Positions 7,661-16,800 of a stretch of DNA of 32,000 nucleotides are shown in pieces (positions within the stretch are counted from its first letter, which is position 1; the number at the start of each line of letters is the position of its first letter). The stretch is from NCBI GenBank assembly GCA_016699205.1, contig CP064964.1:840001-872000 (forward strand), given 5' to 3'. The DNA is from Candidatus Saccharimonadota bacterium (GTDB taxonomy: Bacteria > Patescibacteriota > Patescibacteriia > 2-12-FULL-60-25). The position numbers and the translations under genes were made by a program. The notes below the pieces were generated by a model, which worked only from the letters and a program-made list of their open reading frames with translations, was not told the origin of the DNA and searched no databases.

Positions 7661-8650
7661 CTAAGCTGCCATGACTGGTTTTGATGTGACTTTTACCTTG
7701 GCGAATTTTTTGAGAGTAGCGCGCATTTTGGTTGTGTTGAGCAGGCCTTTTTGCGGACCGATATGTTGGACAACGCTCCAGCCATTTGCGGTTCCAGCGC
7801 GCATCGCGTCCGGAATGCTCCAGCCGAGATGGCGTGCGCAGGTGAAGGCTGTGGCATACGAGTCGCCGGCACCGGTGCGTTCAATGACCGGGCCCGGGTA
7901 AACGCTCATGCTCCAGATGGTTTTTCCGTCGGTTGCGTGCGAGCCGTTTGGCCCGTCCGTGATCACGACGATTTTTGGACCGAGATGCTTGAAGCTCATG
8001 AGGAGATTCACAACAGGGCGCTCGCCATCGCCAAGGAGAAGTTCTGCTTCTTGTTTGTTGACGATGAAAATATCGGAGCGCGCGACGACGGGTTTGATCG
8101 ACTCGAGTCCGCGTCGTAATTGTTTAGTGCCTGGGTTGAAGCAAAGCTGCTGTTCCGGACGCTGTTTCAAATGCGCGAGCAATTGTTTTTCCATGCGTTC
8201 ATGCCCAGGCCCGAGGGAGGTGTAGTAGATCCATTTTGCTCCGTCCAGTTTTGGGAGAATGTACGTGCGCTTTTCCGCGTGAACGAGAATCGTGCGCTCG
8301 CCTTTGAAATTGAGCACCGTGGAGTAGTTGGTGCCGTGTTTGGCATCGATCGTTACATATTTTGTTGCGACCTTTTCTTTTTTCCAGCCCATGATGATTT
8401 CTTTGCCGATGTCGTCTTTACCAAGAATGCTGACGATCGCGCTGCGCAAACCCATGCGGCTTGCACCGACGGCAGCGTTGGAAGCGTTACCGGCTCCAGG
8501 AATTTGCGTGACTTTGTCGACAGGGATTTTTTCCGCGTATTCAAGACAAAGCAAGCATTGTTCTTTGTTGATTTGGCAGGAAAGCGAGGCTTCGCTTAGT
8601 TGTAAAAAGACATCAAGGGTCGAGTCTCCGATGGCGATGAAATCGTACAT
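7661..8650 (-). CDS. PfkB-family carbohydrate/nucleoside kinase
   Basis: N-terminal IGDSTLDVF and the C-terminal PfkB signature TGAGDSYATAF. A 1-nt gap to the downstream PolX gene suggests an operon. Confidence 0.85.
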   Translation of the reverse strand: MYDFIAIGDSTLDVFLQLSEASLSCQINKEQCLLCLEYAEKIPVDKVTQIPGAGNASNAAVGASRMGLRSAIVSILGKDDIGKEIIMGWKKEKVATKYVTIDAKHGTNYSTVLNFKGERTILVHAEKRTYILPKLDGAKWIYYTSLGPGHERMEKQLLAHLKQRPEQQLCFNPGTKQLRRGLESIKPVVARSDIFIVNKQEAELLLGDGERPVVNLLMSFKHLGPKIVVITDGPNGSHATDGKTIWSMSVYPGPVIERTGAGDSYATAFTCARHLGWSIPDAMRAGTANGWSVVQHIGPQKGLLNTTKMRATLKKFAKVKVTSKPVMAA

Positions 8651-8654
8651 AGTA

Positions 8655-8683
8655 TTGCGACGATCCTAGCATGCCGTTACAAT
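8655..8683 (+). promoter_or_regulatory. Candidate sigma70-type promoter for the ytxH-like gene
   Basis: TTGCGA (8655-8660), 17-nt spacer, TACAAT (8678-8683). This places the 8682 ATG of the ORF track inside the promoter and favours the 8715 start. Confidence 0.45.
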
Positions 8684-8714
8684 GCAGGCATTAACTCCTA
8701 CGATAAATAACTCT

Positions 8715-9050
8715 ATGGCTGATATTAAGAAACCGTCCTCATCACATCTCGGTGCAGGTTTGGCCGCCGGCGCCGCTCTTGGTTTGGCCGCTGGCTTGTT
8801 CCTCCAGTCTCGCAAGGGAAAGGAATTGACTCGCGATGCCATGAAGAAAGCTCAGTTGCTTCAAAAACAGGTACAGAAGAAGATCAAAGCTTCCGGTATT
8901 TTGAGCAAGGAGAAGTACGAAGAAATTGTCGATTATATGGTCGGCTACTACTCCAAGACCAAGGAGATCGCCGCTAAAGAGATTCCGGTTGTCCGCAAGT
9001 TTCTCATGGACCAGTGGAAGGGTATCGAAGGCGAGATGAAGAAAAAATAG
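8715..9050 (+). CDS. YtxH-like protein
   Basis: An N-terminal Gly/Ala-rich hydrophobic helix (GAGLAAGAALGLAAGLFLQSRKGKELTRD) followed by a charged helical region is the typical YtxH architecture. Confidence 0.6.
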   Translation: MADIKKPSSSHLGAGLAAGAALGLAAGLFLQSRKGKELTRDAMKKAQLLQKQVQKKIKASGILSKEKYEEIVDYMVGYYSKTKEIAAKEIPVVRKFLMDQWKGIEGEMKKK

Positions 9051-9144
9051 TTTTCAGGTTTTAGTTGTCAGGTTTTAGTCTTGACCACTGTGCGTATCCA
9101 TCGATTTATCGGTCCATACGATCTCCGTTTTTCGGAGAATCGTT

Positions 9145-9777
9145 TTGGAAGACGAGGCGGCACGCCAGATGTCGCTCGTCTTAAAGCTGCGTACGGGTGA
9201 ACAGGTCGTGTTGTGTGATGGTCAAGGAATGCAGGCGACCTTTACGATCGCGGAGATTTCCAAAGGCCGCGTCGGACTCGCACGGATGAATGAGCCCGAT
9301 GTTGTGCCTACGGAGCCGCGCCATGTCGTGACTTTGTATGCCGCCATCCTGAAGCGCGAAAATTTTGAGTGGCTGGTCCAGAAAGCGACGGAGTGCGGCA
9401 TTTATCGAATTGTTCCGATTTTGACGCGCCGTACCGTGAAGCAGGGGCTTAAGATCGAGCGCCTGCGGGAAATTGCGCGCGAGGCAGCCGAGCAGAGCGG
9501 GCGGGGTCGATTACCGGAAATTGTTGAGCCGATGCCGTTTATCTCTGCGCTTGAAGCGGCGACGCAAGCCGGATCAACGTATTTTTTTGATATCGGCGGC
9601 AAGCGTTATACCGGCGGGGGAGAGAAATGTTCGATTTTCATCGGACCGGAAGGCGGTTGGGATCCGGAGGAGCGCGCGATGGCGATTGAGTCGCGAGCGA
9701 TGATTGCGGATCTCGGTGCTCGCGTCCTGCGAGCGGAGACGGCGGCGACGGTAGCCGTGTTTCTCTCAAATCAGTAA
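9145..9777 (+). CDS. rsmE: 16S rRNA (uracil1498-N3)-methyltransferase RsmE; the canonical N-terminus lies in another frame from GTG 9090
   Basis: …RKLVLKLRTGEQV-type PUA-like start, then ERLREIAREAAEQSGRGRLPEI, FIGPEGGW…E and LGARVLRAETAA, which are RsmE/SPOUT hallmarks. See the frameshift finding. Confidence 0.8.
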   Translation: MEDEAARQMSLVLKLRTGEQVVLCDGQGMQATFTIAEISKGRVGLARMNEPDVVPTEPRHVVTLYAAILKRENFEWLVQKATECGIYRIVPILTRRTVKQGLKIERLREIAREAAEQSGRGRLPEIVEPMPFISALEAATQAGSTYFFDIGGKRYTGGGEKCSIFIGPEGGWDPEERAMAIESRAMIADLGARVLRAETAATVAVFLSNQ

Positions 9778-9784
9778 TCAAATA

Positions 9785-9813
9785 AAAACGATCCGCCTGC
9801 GCGGATCGTTTTT
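9785..9813. terminator. Bidirectional terminator between rsmE and clpB
   Basis: AAAAACGATCCGC-CTGC-GCGGATCGTTTTT. Confidence 0.7.
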
Positions 9814-9815
9814 AT

Positions 9816-12449
9816 TTATTTGATGATAATTTTGTCTTTGCTGGCATCCACCTTCACTTTGTCGCCTTCTTTGACGGTACCGTCGACAATCTTGAGGGCG
9901 AGTTCATCGAGGATCAGGTCTTGGATCGCGCGCTTTAACGGTCGTGCGCCATAGCTTGGGTCGTAGCCTTTTTCAGCAACGAGAGCTTTGGCTTTTTCGG
10001 TGAACTCAATGTCGATTTTCTTCGCACGCAATCGCTTCAAGACTTCTGCGAGCTGGAGATCGACGATCTGTGTCAGATCCTTTTTGCCGAGCGATTGGAA
10101 CATGACGATTTCATCGACGCGGTTCAAAAACTCAGGTCGGAAATAGTCACGCAACATATTCATCACCTGACTCTTTACGTGCTCGGCGGTTGATTCTTTT
10201 TCATTCTCGCCATCGTTGAATCCGATTTCTCCTCGTTTTTTACCAAAGTCGAGAATGACGTCGGAGCCGACGTTTGAGGTCATGATGATAACCGTGTTTT
10301 TGAAGTTGACCGTGCGGCCCTTGCCATCTGTGAGGCGGCCGTCGTCGAGGACTTGGAGCAAGGTGTTGAAGACGTCTGGGTGGGCTTTTTCGACTTCGTC
10401 GAGCAAGACGACGGAATAAGGACGGCGGCGGATTTTTTCCGTGAGTTGTCCGCCTTCATCGTGGCCGATGTAGCCCGGAGGCGAGCCGATCATGCGCGAG
10501 ACGGAATGTTTTTCCATGTACTCAGACATATCGACGCGGACCATGGCTTCTTCATCGTCGAACATGATTTCTGCGAGAGCTTTTGCCAGCTCCGTCTTGC
10601 CGACACCTGTCGGGCCGAGGAAGAGGAACGAGCCGATTGGACGTTTGTCTTCACTGATACCTGCGCGAGAACGGCGCAATGCGTTCGACACCGCTTTCAC
10701 GGCTTGGTCTTGTCCGATGACACGCTTATGCAATTCGTCTTCGAGTTTTGTGAGCTTGGCGGCTTCTGACTCGAGCATGCGGGCAACAGGAATGCCGGTC
10801 CAGCGGGCGACAACGTTGGCGATATCTTCATCTGTTACGGCATTTTTCAAGAGCCCGCGTTTACCTTGGAAGTCTTTTAATTTTACTTCTGCGTCAGCGA
10901 GCTTCTTTTCAAGGCCAGGGATTTTTCCGTAGCGGATTTCTGAAACTTTTTCCAAATCGCCGCGGCGCTCTGCGATATCGGCCTCGGCTTTCATGGATTC
11001 TTGTTCTTTTTTGGCAACCTGAATTTCCTGGATTAATTCTTTCTCAGCTTTCCATGAGATTTCCATGCCTTGCGATTTCTCGCGTACCTCGGCCATGCGC
11101 TTCTCGACTTCCGAGAGGCGTTCTTTGGAATCCGTATCATCTTCCTTTGATAACGCGCGCTTTTCAATATCAAGTTTCACGAGCTCGCGTTTCATCTTGT
11201 CGAGTTCTTCCGGAAGGGAATCGATCTGCATGCGCAAAGCGGCGGCGGATTCATCGACCAAGTCGACGGCTTTGTCCGGAAGGAAACGGTCGGTGATATA
11301 GCGGGCGGAAAGTTTTACGGCGGCGACAAGAGCGCCGTCGGTGATGCGGACGCCGTTATGCACTTCGTATTTATCTTTGATGCCACGCAGCATCGCGAGC
11401 GTGTCTTCCTCGCTTGGTTCATCAACAAAGACGGGCTGGAAACGGCGGGAGAGAGCCGGGTCTTTCTCGATATGCTTTCGATATTCCTGAAGCGTGGTTG
11501 CACCAAGCGCGCGCAATTCTCCGCGAGCAAGAGCCGGCTTCAGCATGTTGGACGCATCAAGCGAACCGCCTTCACCGGAAGCACCGGCGCCGACGAGAGT
11601 ATGAAGCTCATCGATGAACAAAATAATTTTGCCGGAAGACTTCTCGACTTCACGGACGACGGCTTTCAAACGTTCTTCAAATTCACCGCGAAATTTTGTT
11701 CCGGCGACGAGGGAGCCGACATCAAGCGCCATGACTTCTTTGTCTTTGAGCGATTCAGGAACATCGCCAGCAACAATGCGCTGAGCAAGACCCTCAACGA
11801 TGGCTGTCTTACCCGTACCGGCTTCACCGATAAGAACAGGATTGTTTTTTGAACGACGCAGCAAGATTTGCATCACGCGGCGGATTTCTTCATCGCGTCC
11901 GACAACCGGATCAAGTTTTTCTTGGCGGGCGAGTGCCGTCAGATTGCGCGCGTATTTTTCCAGGGCTTGATACGCGTTCTCTGGTTCCGGTGAATCGATC
12001 TTCACGTTTCCGCGAACGTCTTTCAACGCTTTTAAAATTTCATCAACAGTCACTTTGTAGCGCTTGAGAAGGCTAGAAGTATCGTCTCCGCCATCAGCGA
12101 GCGCGATAAGCAAATGCTCGGTTGAAATGTAGGCGTCTTTAAATTGGTTTGCAGCGCGTTCTGCGGACTGAAGTGTCTTGGCAATTTCTGGAGTCAAATA
12201 CAATTGTCCGAGTCCGCCCATGCCTTGGGTTTTTGGAAGCTTGATCAGCAAATCATCGAGGTCGCCTTTGAGGGAGGGGACATCGATCGCTAGTTTTTTG
12301 AGGATGGCCGGAACAACACCGTCTTCTTGTTCAAGCAAGGCGGCGAGTAAATGAATGGGCTCCAGGGCTTGCTGGCCGTTCCCGAGGGCGAGCTGTTGAG
12401 CGAGCTGAAGCGCTTCTTGTGATTTGGTGGTGAAGTTTTGCGGAAGCAT
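9816..12449 (-). CDS. clpB: ATP-dependent chaperone/disaggregase ClpB
   Basis: 877 aa with a Clp N-domain, two AAA+ modules ([30 protein letters not shown]), a long coiled-coil middle domain, and the signature [10 protein letters not shown]. Confidence 0.95.
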   Translation of the reverse strand: MLPQNFTTKSQEALQLAQQLALGNGQQALEPIHLLAALLEQEDGVVPAILKKLAIDVPSLKGDLDDLLIKLPKTQGMGGLGQLYLTPEIAKTLQSAERAANQFKDAYISTEHLLIALADGGDDTSSLLKRYKVTVDEILKALKDVRGNVKIDSPEPENAYQALEKYARNLTALARQEKLDPVVGRDEEIRRVMQILLRRSKNNPVLIGEAGTGKTAIVEGLAQRIVAGDVPESLKDKEVMALDVGSLVAGTKFRGEFEERLKAVVREVEKSSGKIILFIDELHTLVGAGASGEGGSLDASNMLKPALARGELRALGATTLQEYRKHIEKDPALSRRFQPVFVDEPSEEDTLAMLRGIKDKYEVHNGVRITDGALVAAVKLSARYITDRFLPDKAVDLVDESAAALRMQIDSLPEELDKMKRELVKLDIEKRALSKEDDTDSKERLSEVEKRMAEVREKSQGMEISWKAEKELIQEIQVAKKEQESMKAEADIAERRGDLEKVSEIRYGKIPGLEKKLADAEVKLKDFQGKRGLLKNAVTDEDIANVVARWTGIPVARMLESEAAKLTKLEDELHKRVIGQDQAVKAVSNALRRSRAGISEDKRPIGSFLFLGPTGVGKTELAKALAEIMFDDEEAMVRVDMSEYMEKHSVSRMIGSPPGYIGHDEGGQLTEKIRRRPYSVVLLDEVEKAHPDVFNTLLQVLDDGRLTDGKGRTVNFKNTVIIMTSNVGSDVILDFGKKRGEIGFNDGENEKESTAEHVKSQVMNMLRDYFRPEFLNRVDEIVMFQSLGKKDLTQIVDLQLAEVLKRLRAKKIDIEFTEKAKALVAEKGYDPSYGARPLKRAIQDLILDELALKIVDGTVKEGDKVKVDASKDKIIIK

Positions 12450-12456
12450 AGCGTTA

Positions 12457-12483
12457 TTAGCACTCTAACATATCGACTGCTAA
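12457..12483. promoter_or_regulatory. CIRCE (HrcA operator) inverted repeat upstream of clpB
   Basis: TTAGCACTC-N9-GACTGCTAA versus the consensus TTAGCACTC-N9-GAGTGCTAA (one mismatch). It ends 7 nt upstream of the clpB ATG. Confidence 0.7.
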
Positions 12484-12508
12484 TTTTGCAATATTGCTTT
12501 TAGGTATC

Positions 12509-12536
12509 AAAAAACCGTCTGTTCAGGTGGTTTTTT
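12509..12536 (-). terminator. Intrinsic terminator of the 12541-13269 gene
   Basis: Minus strand reads AAAAAACCACCTG-AACA-GACGGTTTTTT, a stem with two wobble pairs followed by a T-tract. Confidence 0.5.
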
Positions 12537-12540
12537 ACGA

Positions 12541-13269
12541 TTATTGCGGACGCTGTACAACGACGGGTCCGTTGATATCGGTATAGGTAACCGTTAGGAC
12601 GCCGGCCGTTGTCTGAAGCGAGAGGTAGCTGGGGAGATCGTTACGGAGACAGATTTTGTAGGGAACGCGTTTACCTGCTGCGTTGACTTGGTTCAAGGTG
12701 TAAAGCGTGCAGCCGGTTGCATCTTCCTTGGTTTCTACGGTGCGCGTGTTGTCACTGACGATGCGGGAGACATCGGTGCCGTCTGGGGCGAGGGCGTTTT
12801 GGAAGAGGGTTGTGAACTGTCTGCCCTCGTTTGTATTGGAGATGTTGGACCAGGTTGTTGTGTTTTGTCTGAAGAAAACCGTTTCACCTGCGATGTAGAT
12901 TTCTGATGAGAGCGTGCCTTGTGCGCTCGGAACCTCCAATTTACCGAGAATGCCTTGATCGCGATTGACATCGGCAGAAGCTTTGACGGTGCCCGAGGCC
13001 GTCGGAATGATCATGGTTGTGCGATAGGTTTTGGCGACGGAAAGATTTTTCAGCGCTTGGCGTGCAAGTATACCTTCAGGCGACGGCCCTTCTTGGTCGA
13101 CGGGACGCGGTGCGTTTGGATCAAATGGCGTGGCGGTTTCTGTTTTTGTCGGAATGACCTGCGTGTTTGCCGGGTTGATATTGGTTCCAGGTCTACGGCA
13201 GCCTAGTCCTAACAACGCTAGAGAAATCGCGAGCATTGCGATCGAAAAAGTGCGGTGGCGGACATTCAT
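12541..13269 (-). CDS. Putative lipoprotein, function unknown
   Basis: Signal peptide ending in the lipobox LLGLGC. Mature part is beta-rich and Thr/Asn-rich. No recognisable family. Confidence 0.55.
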   Translation of the reverse strand: MNVRHRTFSIAMLAISLALLGLGCRRPGTNINPANTQVIPTKTETATPFDPNAPRPVDQEGPSPEGILARQALKNLSVAKTYRTTMIIPTASGTVKASADVNRDQGILGKLEVPSAQGTLSSEIYIAGETVFFRQNTTTWSNISNTNEGRQFTTLFQNALAPDGTDVSRIVSDNTRTVETKEDATGCTLYTLNQVNAAGKRVPYKICLRNDLPSYLSLQTTAGVLTVTYTDINGPVVVQRPQ

Positions 13270-13309
13270 ATGTTGGCATGATACGATTTTTCAGGTAAAT
13301 CATCCACCC

Positions 13310-13981
13310 ATGGCCGGAATTCTCTACATCGTGGCAACTCCAATCGGTAATCTCGAAGATATTACGCTTCGGGCTTTGCGTACCTTGAAAGAGGCGGATG
13401 CTATCGCTTGTGAGGACACGCGCGTATCCGGCAAGCTTTTGAAGCATTACGAGATCAAGAAGACGCTGATCGCGCTCCATGAGCATTCGGCCGATAAAAT
13501 TGTTGAACGGATTGCTGGTGAAATTAAACAGGGTCGATCTATTGCGTATATCTCAGATGCCGGGACTCCGGGGGTGAATGACCCTGGCGGCAAGCTTGTG
13601 GCTGCTTGCGTGCAGCATGGGATCAAGATCGAACCGATTCCAGGGCCGTCGGCTTTGACGACAGCGATCTCGGTTTGTGGTTTCGCGATGGATGATTTTG
13701 TTTATCTTGGTTTTGCGCCGCACAAAAAGGGAAGACAGACGTTTTTTCAAGAAGTGGCTGCCCGTGAAATTCCGACGGTCTTTTTTGAGTCAACACACCG
13801 TATCGGCAAGGCGATGGAGTCTTTGGCTGCGACTTTGCCTAAGGATCGCCAGATTTTTATTGGTCGAGAGCTTACCAAGATGCATGAGACGCTCTATCGC
13901 GGCACCGTTGACGAGGCAGCGAAACAGCTTCAAGCTACCAGTTCTAAGGGGGAATTTGTGATTATTGTCGGTCCTGCCTGA
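13310..13981 (+). CDS. rsmI: 16S rRNA (cytidine1402-2'-O)-methyltransferase RsmI
   Basis: MAGILYIVATPIGNLEDITLRALRTLKEADAIACEDTR… and ISDAGTPGVNDPG are classic RsmI/tetrapyrrole-methylase-fold motifs. I chose the 13310 start because the longer ORF overlaps the divergent lipoprotein gene. Confidence 0.9.
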   Translation: MAGILYIVATPIGNLEDITLRALRTLKEADAIACEDTRVSGKLLKHYEIKKTLIALHEHSADKIVERIAGEIKQGRSIAYISDAGTPGVNDPGGKLVAACVQHGIKIEPIPGPSALTTAISVCGFAMDDFVYLGFAPHKKGRQTFFQEVAAREIPTVFFESTHRIGKAMESLAATLPKDRQIFIGRELTKMHETLYRGTVDEAAKQLQATSSKGEFVIIVGPA

Positions 13982-13982
13982 T

Positions 13983-15491
13983 ATGTCCAAGTATTATCTG
14001 ACTACAACCTTGCCGTATGTGAACGCTGATCCGCATATCGGCTTTGCTTTAGAAATTATCCAGGCAGATATTTTGGCGCGTGCTGAGCGTTTGCGTGGAA
14101 ATGAGGTTGTCTTCAATACCGGTACGGATGAGCACGGCTTGAAGATTTGGCAGAAGGCGCAGGAGGCTGGGGTTGAGCCAAAAGCGTATTGCGATGAGTA
14201 CGCTGCCAAGTTTGATGGATTGAAAGATGCGCTGAATCTTACCTATACGAATTTTATTCGTACGACGGATGCGCATCATGTTGCGGCTGCGCAGGAATTT
14301 TGGAAGCGATGCGATGCGAGCGGAGATATTTATAAGAAAGCGTACAAGGTGAAGTACTGTGTCGGTTGTGAATTGGAAAAGACGGACTCGGATTTGGTTG
14401 ATGGCCGCTGCCCGATCCATCCAAAGTTGGAAATTGAAATTATCGATGAAGAAAATTATTTCTTCCGTTTTTCAAAATACGGCGAGGCGCTGCTTGCGCA
14501 TTATGAGTCCCATCCGGATTTTGTGGTGCCTGATACGCGTTTGAACGAGATTCGCAGCTTCGTTGCTGGAGGTTTGCAGGATTTTAGTATTTCGCGTCTT
14601 GCATCCAAGCTTCCGTGGGGTGTTCCGGTGCCAAATGATCCTGAGCAGGTGATGTATGTTTGGTTTGATGCGTTGGTGAACTACGTCTCGACTCTGGGTT
14701 GGCCAGAGAATCAAAAGAACTTTGAAGATTATTGGCCGGGCGTGCAGGTGGCCGGAAAAGATAATTTGCGTCAGCAGTCGGCGATGTGGCAGGCGATGCT
14801 GCTTTCCGCCAAATTGCCGTTGTCCAAACAGATTTTTATCCACGGCTTTATCACAGCGGAGGGACAGAAGATGTCCAAGTCGCTGGGAAATGTCGTGAAT
14901 CCTTACGATCTTGTCGCGCGATACGGAACGGATGCTGTCCGTCATTATCTCGTGGGAGCGCTGCCGGCTTATGCGGATGGCGATTTCTCACAGAAACTGT
15001 TTGAAGAGCATTACGGTTCCAAGCTTGTGAACGGTATCGGAAATTTGTCTTCACGCGTCGGCACGATGGTTGGGAAATATTGTGAGGGGAAGGCGCCGGC
15101 TATTGCTCCGGATATTTTTGATGTCGATGGTTTCTGGAAGCGATATGACGATGCGCTTGCGCGATTCCATTTTGACGATGCATTGAAGGCGATCGATGAA
15201 TTGGTTGCGTCTTGCAATAAGGAGATTGATATTCAGGCTCCATTTAAGAAAGCGAAGGAAGGAATTGATGTGAGTCCGTTTATGTATCAGTTGTCGGAAG
15301 CGCTCCGTCATATTGGATTGGCTTTGCTTCCGGTTATTCCGGAAGGCGCAACCAAGGTGCTCGCTAATCTTTCTGTTGATGCCGAGAAAGCGAGCTGGAG
15401 CGATCGGAGCTGGGGAGGTTTGAAGCCGGGAGCATCGATCATGAAGGGTGATATATTATTTCCCCGCCTTGAGGTAGAATCCAAAACATGA
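13983..15491 (+). CDS. metG: Methionyl-tRNA synthetase (short form, no C-terminal tRNA-binding extension)
   Basis: LPYVNADPHIGF (HIGH-type), zinc-knuckle CVGCE…CPIH, YVWFDALVNYVS, and the KMSKS motif (QKMSKSLGN). The ATG at 13983 sits 1 nt after the rsmI stop. Confidence 0.9.
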   Translation: MSKYYLTTTLPYVNADPHIGFALEIIQADILARAERLRGNEVVFNTGTDEHGLKIWQKAQEAGVEPKAYCDEYAAKFDGLKDALNLTYTNFIRTTDAHHVAAAQEFWKRCDASGDIYKKAYKVKYCVGCELEKTDSDLVDGRCPIHPKLEIEIIDEENYFFRFSKYGEALLAHYESHPDFVVPDTRLNEIRSFVAGGLQDFSISRLASKLPWGVPVPNDPEQVMYVWFDALVNYVSTLGWPENQKNFEDYWPGVQVAGKDNLRQQSAMWQAMLLSAKLPLSKQIFIHGFITAEGQKMSKSLGNVVNPYDLVARYGTDAVRHYLVGALPAYADGDFSQKLFEEHYGSKLVNGIGNLSSRVGTMVGKYCEGKAPAIAPDIFDVDGFWKRYDDALARFHFDDALKAIDELVASCNKEIDIQAPFKKAKEGIDVSPFMYQLSEALRHIGLALLPVIPEGATKVLANLSVDAEKASWSDRSWGGLKPGASIMKGDILFPRLEVESKT

Positions 15492-15970
15492 TCTTGGTCG
15501 ACATTATTCTTCTCCTTATTATCTTGTCCTTTGTTGGGCGAGGTTGGAGAAATGGCTTTGTTGAGATGTTGGGGGAGTTGGTTGGAGCTGTTTTAGCTTT
15601 TATTGCCGCCAGGTTTTTAGCGCCAGGCCTCGGACAGATCTTGGTGCTTTTGATGCCTGGAAGGCTCGGTCTCGCGCAGTTTATCGGTTTTGTGATCGTG
15701 TTTGTGATTGTCATCCGATTGGTCGGATGGTTGTTTACGCTGGCTGATAAGCTTTTGAAGATTGTTACAGCTCTTCCGATTATTTCGTCTGTCGATAAAA
15801 TTATTGGCGCGATTCTTGGATTGCTGACCGGTGTCGTTCTTGTTGGATCGAGTGTTTACGTTGTTTTGACTTTGCGTTTGGATCCGACGTTGATCTCCTG
15901 GCTTGGAGGATCGACCGTTGCGCGTTGGAGCATGTCGGCGTTTACGAGCGTGCTGAGATTTTTGTTGTGA
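15488..15970 (+). CDS. cvpA: CvpA-family membrane protein
   Basis: MILVDIILLLIILSFVGRGWRNGFV… and four TM segments. ATGA overlap with metG. Confidence 0.7.
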   Translation: MILVDIILLLIILSFVGRGWRNGFVEMLGELVGAVLAFIAARFLAPGLGQILVLLMPGRLGLAQFIGFVIVFVIVIRLVGWLFTLADKLLKIVTALPIISSVDKIIGAILGLLTGVVLVGSSVYVVLTLRLDPTLISWLGGSTVARWSMSAFTSVLRFLL

Positions 15971-16800
15971 AGCCTTTTCTCATCGACACGCACTGCCATA
16001 TTCATTTTCCTGCCTACGATACCGATCGTGAGGAAGTTTTAGCGCGAATGAAAGAGAAGAATATTTGGGCGATGACGATTGGAACGGCGACAGAGAATGG
16101 AAAGAAGGCGATTGCGCTTGCGGATGCGACGGAAGGGGTTTGGGCTACGGTCGGATTGCATCCTTCCCATACGACTTCCGACCACATCGATACGGATGAA
16201 GGAGAGGTTGATGAGCATGATGTGACGGTTGAAGGCTTGGTTTCCCTTGCGCGAACTTCCAAGAAAGTTGTGGCGATTGGGGAGGCGGGTTTGGATTTCT
16301 TTCGACTTCCTGAAGATCGGGAACCGGCGATTGAGAAGCAGGAAAAGGTTTTTCGAACGCATATCGAGGCGGCAAAGGAATTGGATTTGCCGCTTGTGAT
16401 TCATTGTCGTGATGCGCTGACGAGACTCGCGGAAATTTTGAAGGAGACCGGTTATGCAAAAGGGGTCGTGCATTCATTTACCGGAACTTGGGAGGAAGCA
16501 AAGCCGTTGATTGATCTCGGGATGTATATCGCTGTAAATGGCATTGCGACGTTTGGTTTGAGAAAAGGGCAGGATCCGGCGAATGCCATAGACATAACCA
16601 TCAAACATATGCCTTTGGATAGGCTGCTTTTGGAAACAGATGCGCCTTGGCTCGCGCCGACGATGCATCGAGGCAAGAGAAATGAACCGGCGTATGTTGA
16701 GGAGGTTGCGAAGCATGTCGCTAACGTTCGCGGGATGACTTTGGAGGAAGTCGCAAAACAAACGACAGAGAATGCGATCAATTTGTTCCGGTTAGGGTAG
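15967..16800 (+). CDS. tatD: TatD-family metal-dependent hydrolase/DNase
   Basis: FLIDTHCHIHF, GEAGLDF, VIHCRDA, HSFTG and LLETDAPW motifs. The GTG start overlaps the cvpA stop (GTGA). Confidence 0.85.
   Translation: MKPFLIDTHCHIHFPAYDTDREEVLARMKEKNIWAMTIGTATENGKKAIALADATEGVWATVGLHPSHTTSDHIDTDEGEVDEHDVTVEGLVSLARTSKKVVAIGEAGLDFFRLPEDREPAIEKQEKVFRTHIEAAKELDLPLVIHCRDALTRLAEILKETGYAKGVVHSFTGTWEEAKPLIDLGMYIAVNGIATFGLRKGQDPANAIDITIKHMPLDRLLLETDAPWLAPTMHRGKRNEPAYVEEVAKHVANVRGMTLEEVAKQTTENAINLFRLG

Noticed and set aside
10216-12067. Several 60-165-aa plus-strand ORFs inside clpB
   Set aside because: They are antisense to an unambiguous 877-aa ClpB gene, and their translations are compositionally odd. 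They are shadow ORFs.
13031-13309. Long N-terminal extension of the rsmI ORF
   Set aside because: It overlaps the divergently transcribed lipoprotein gene. The conserved RsmI N-terminus (MAGILYIVATPIGN) begins at ATG 13310.
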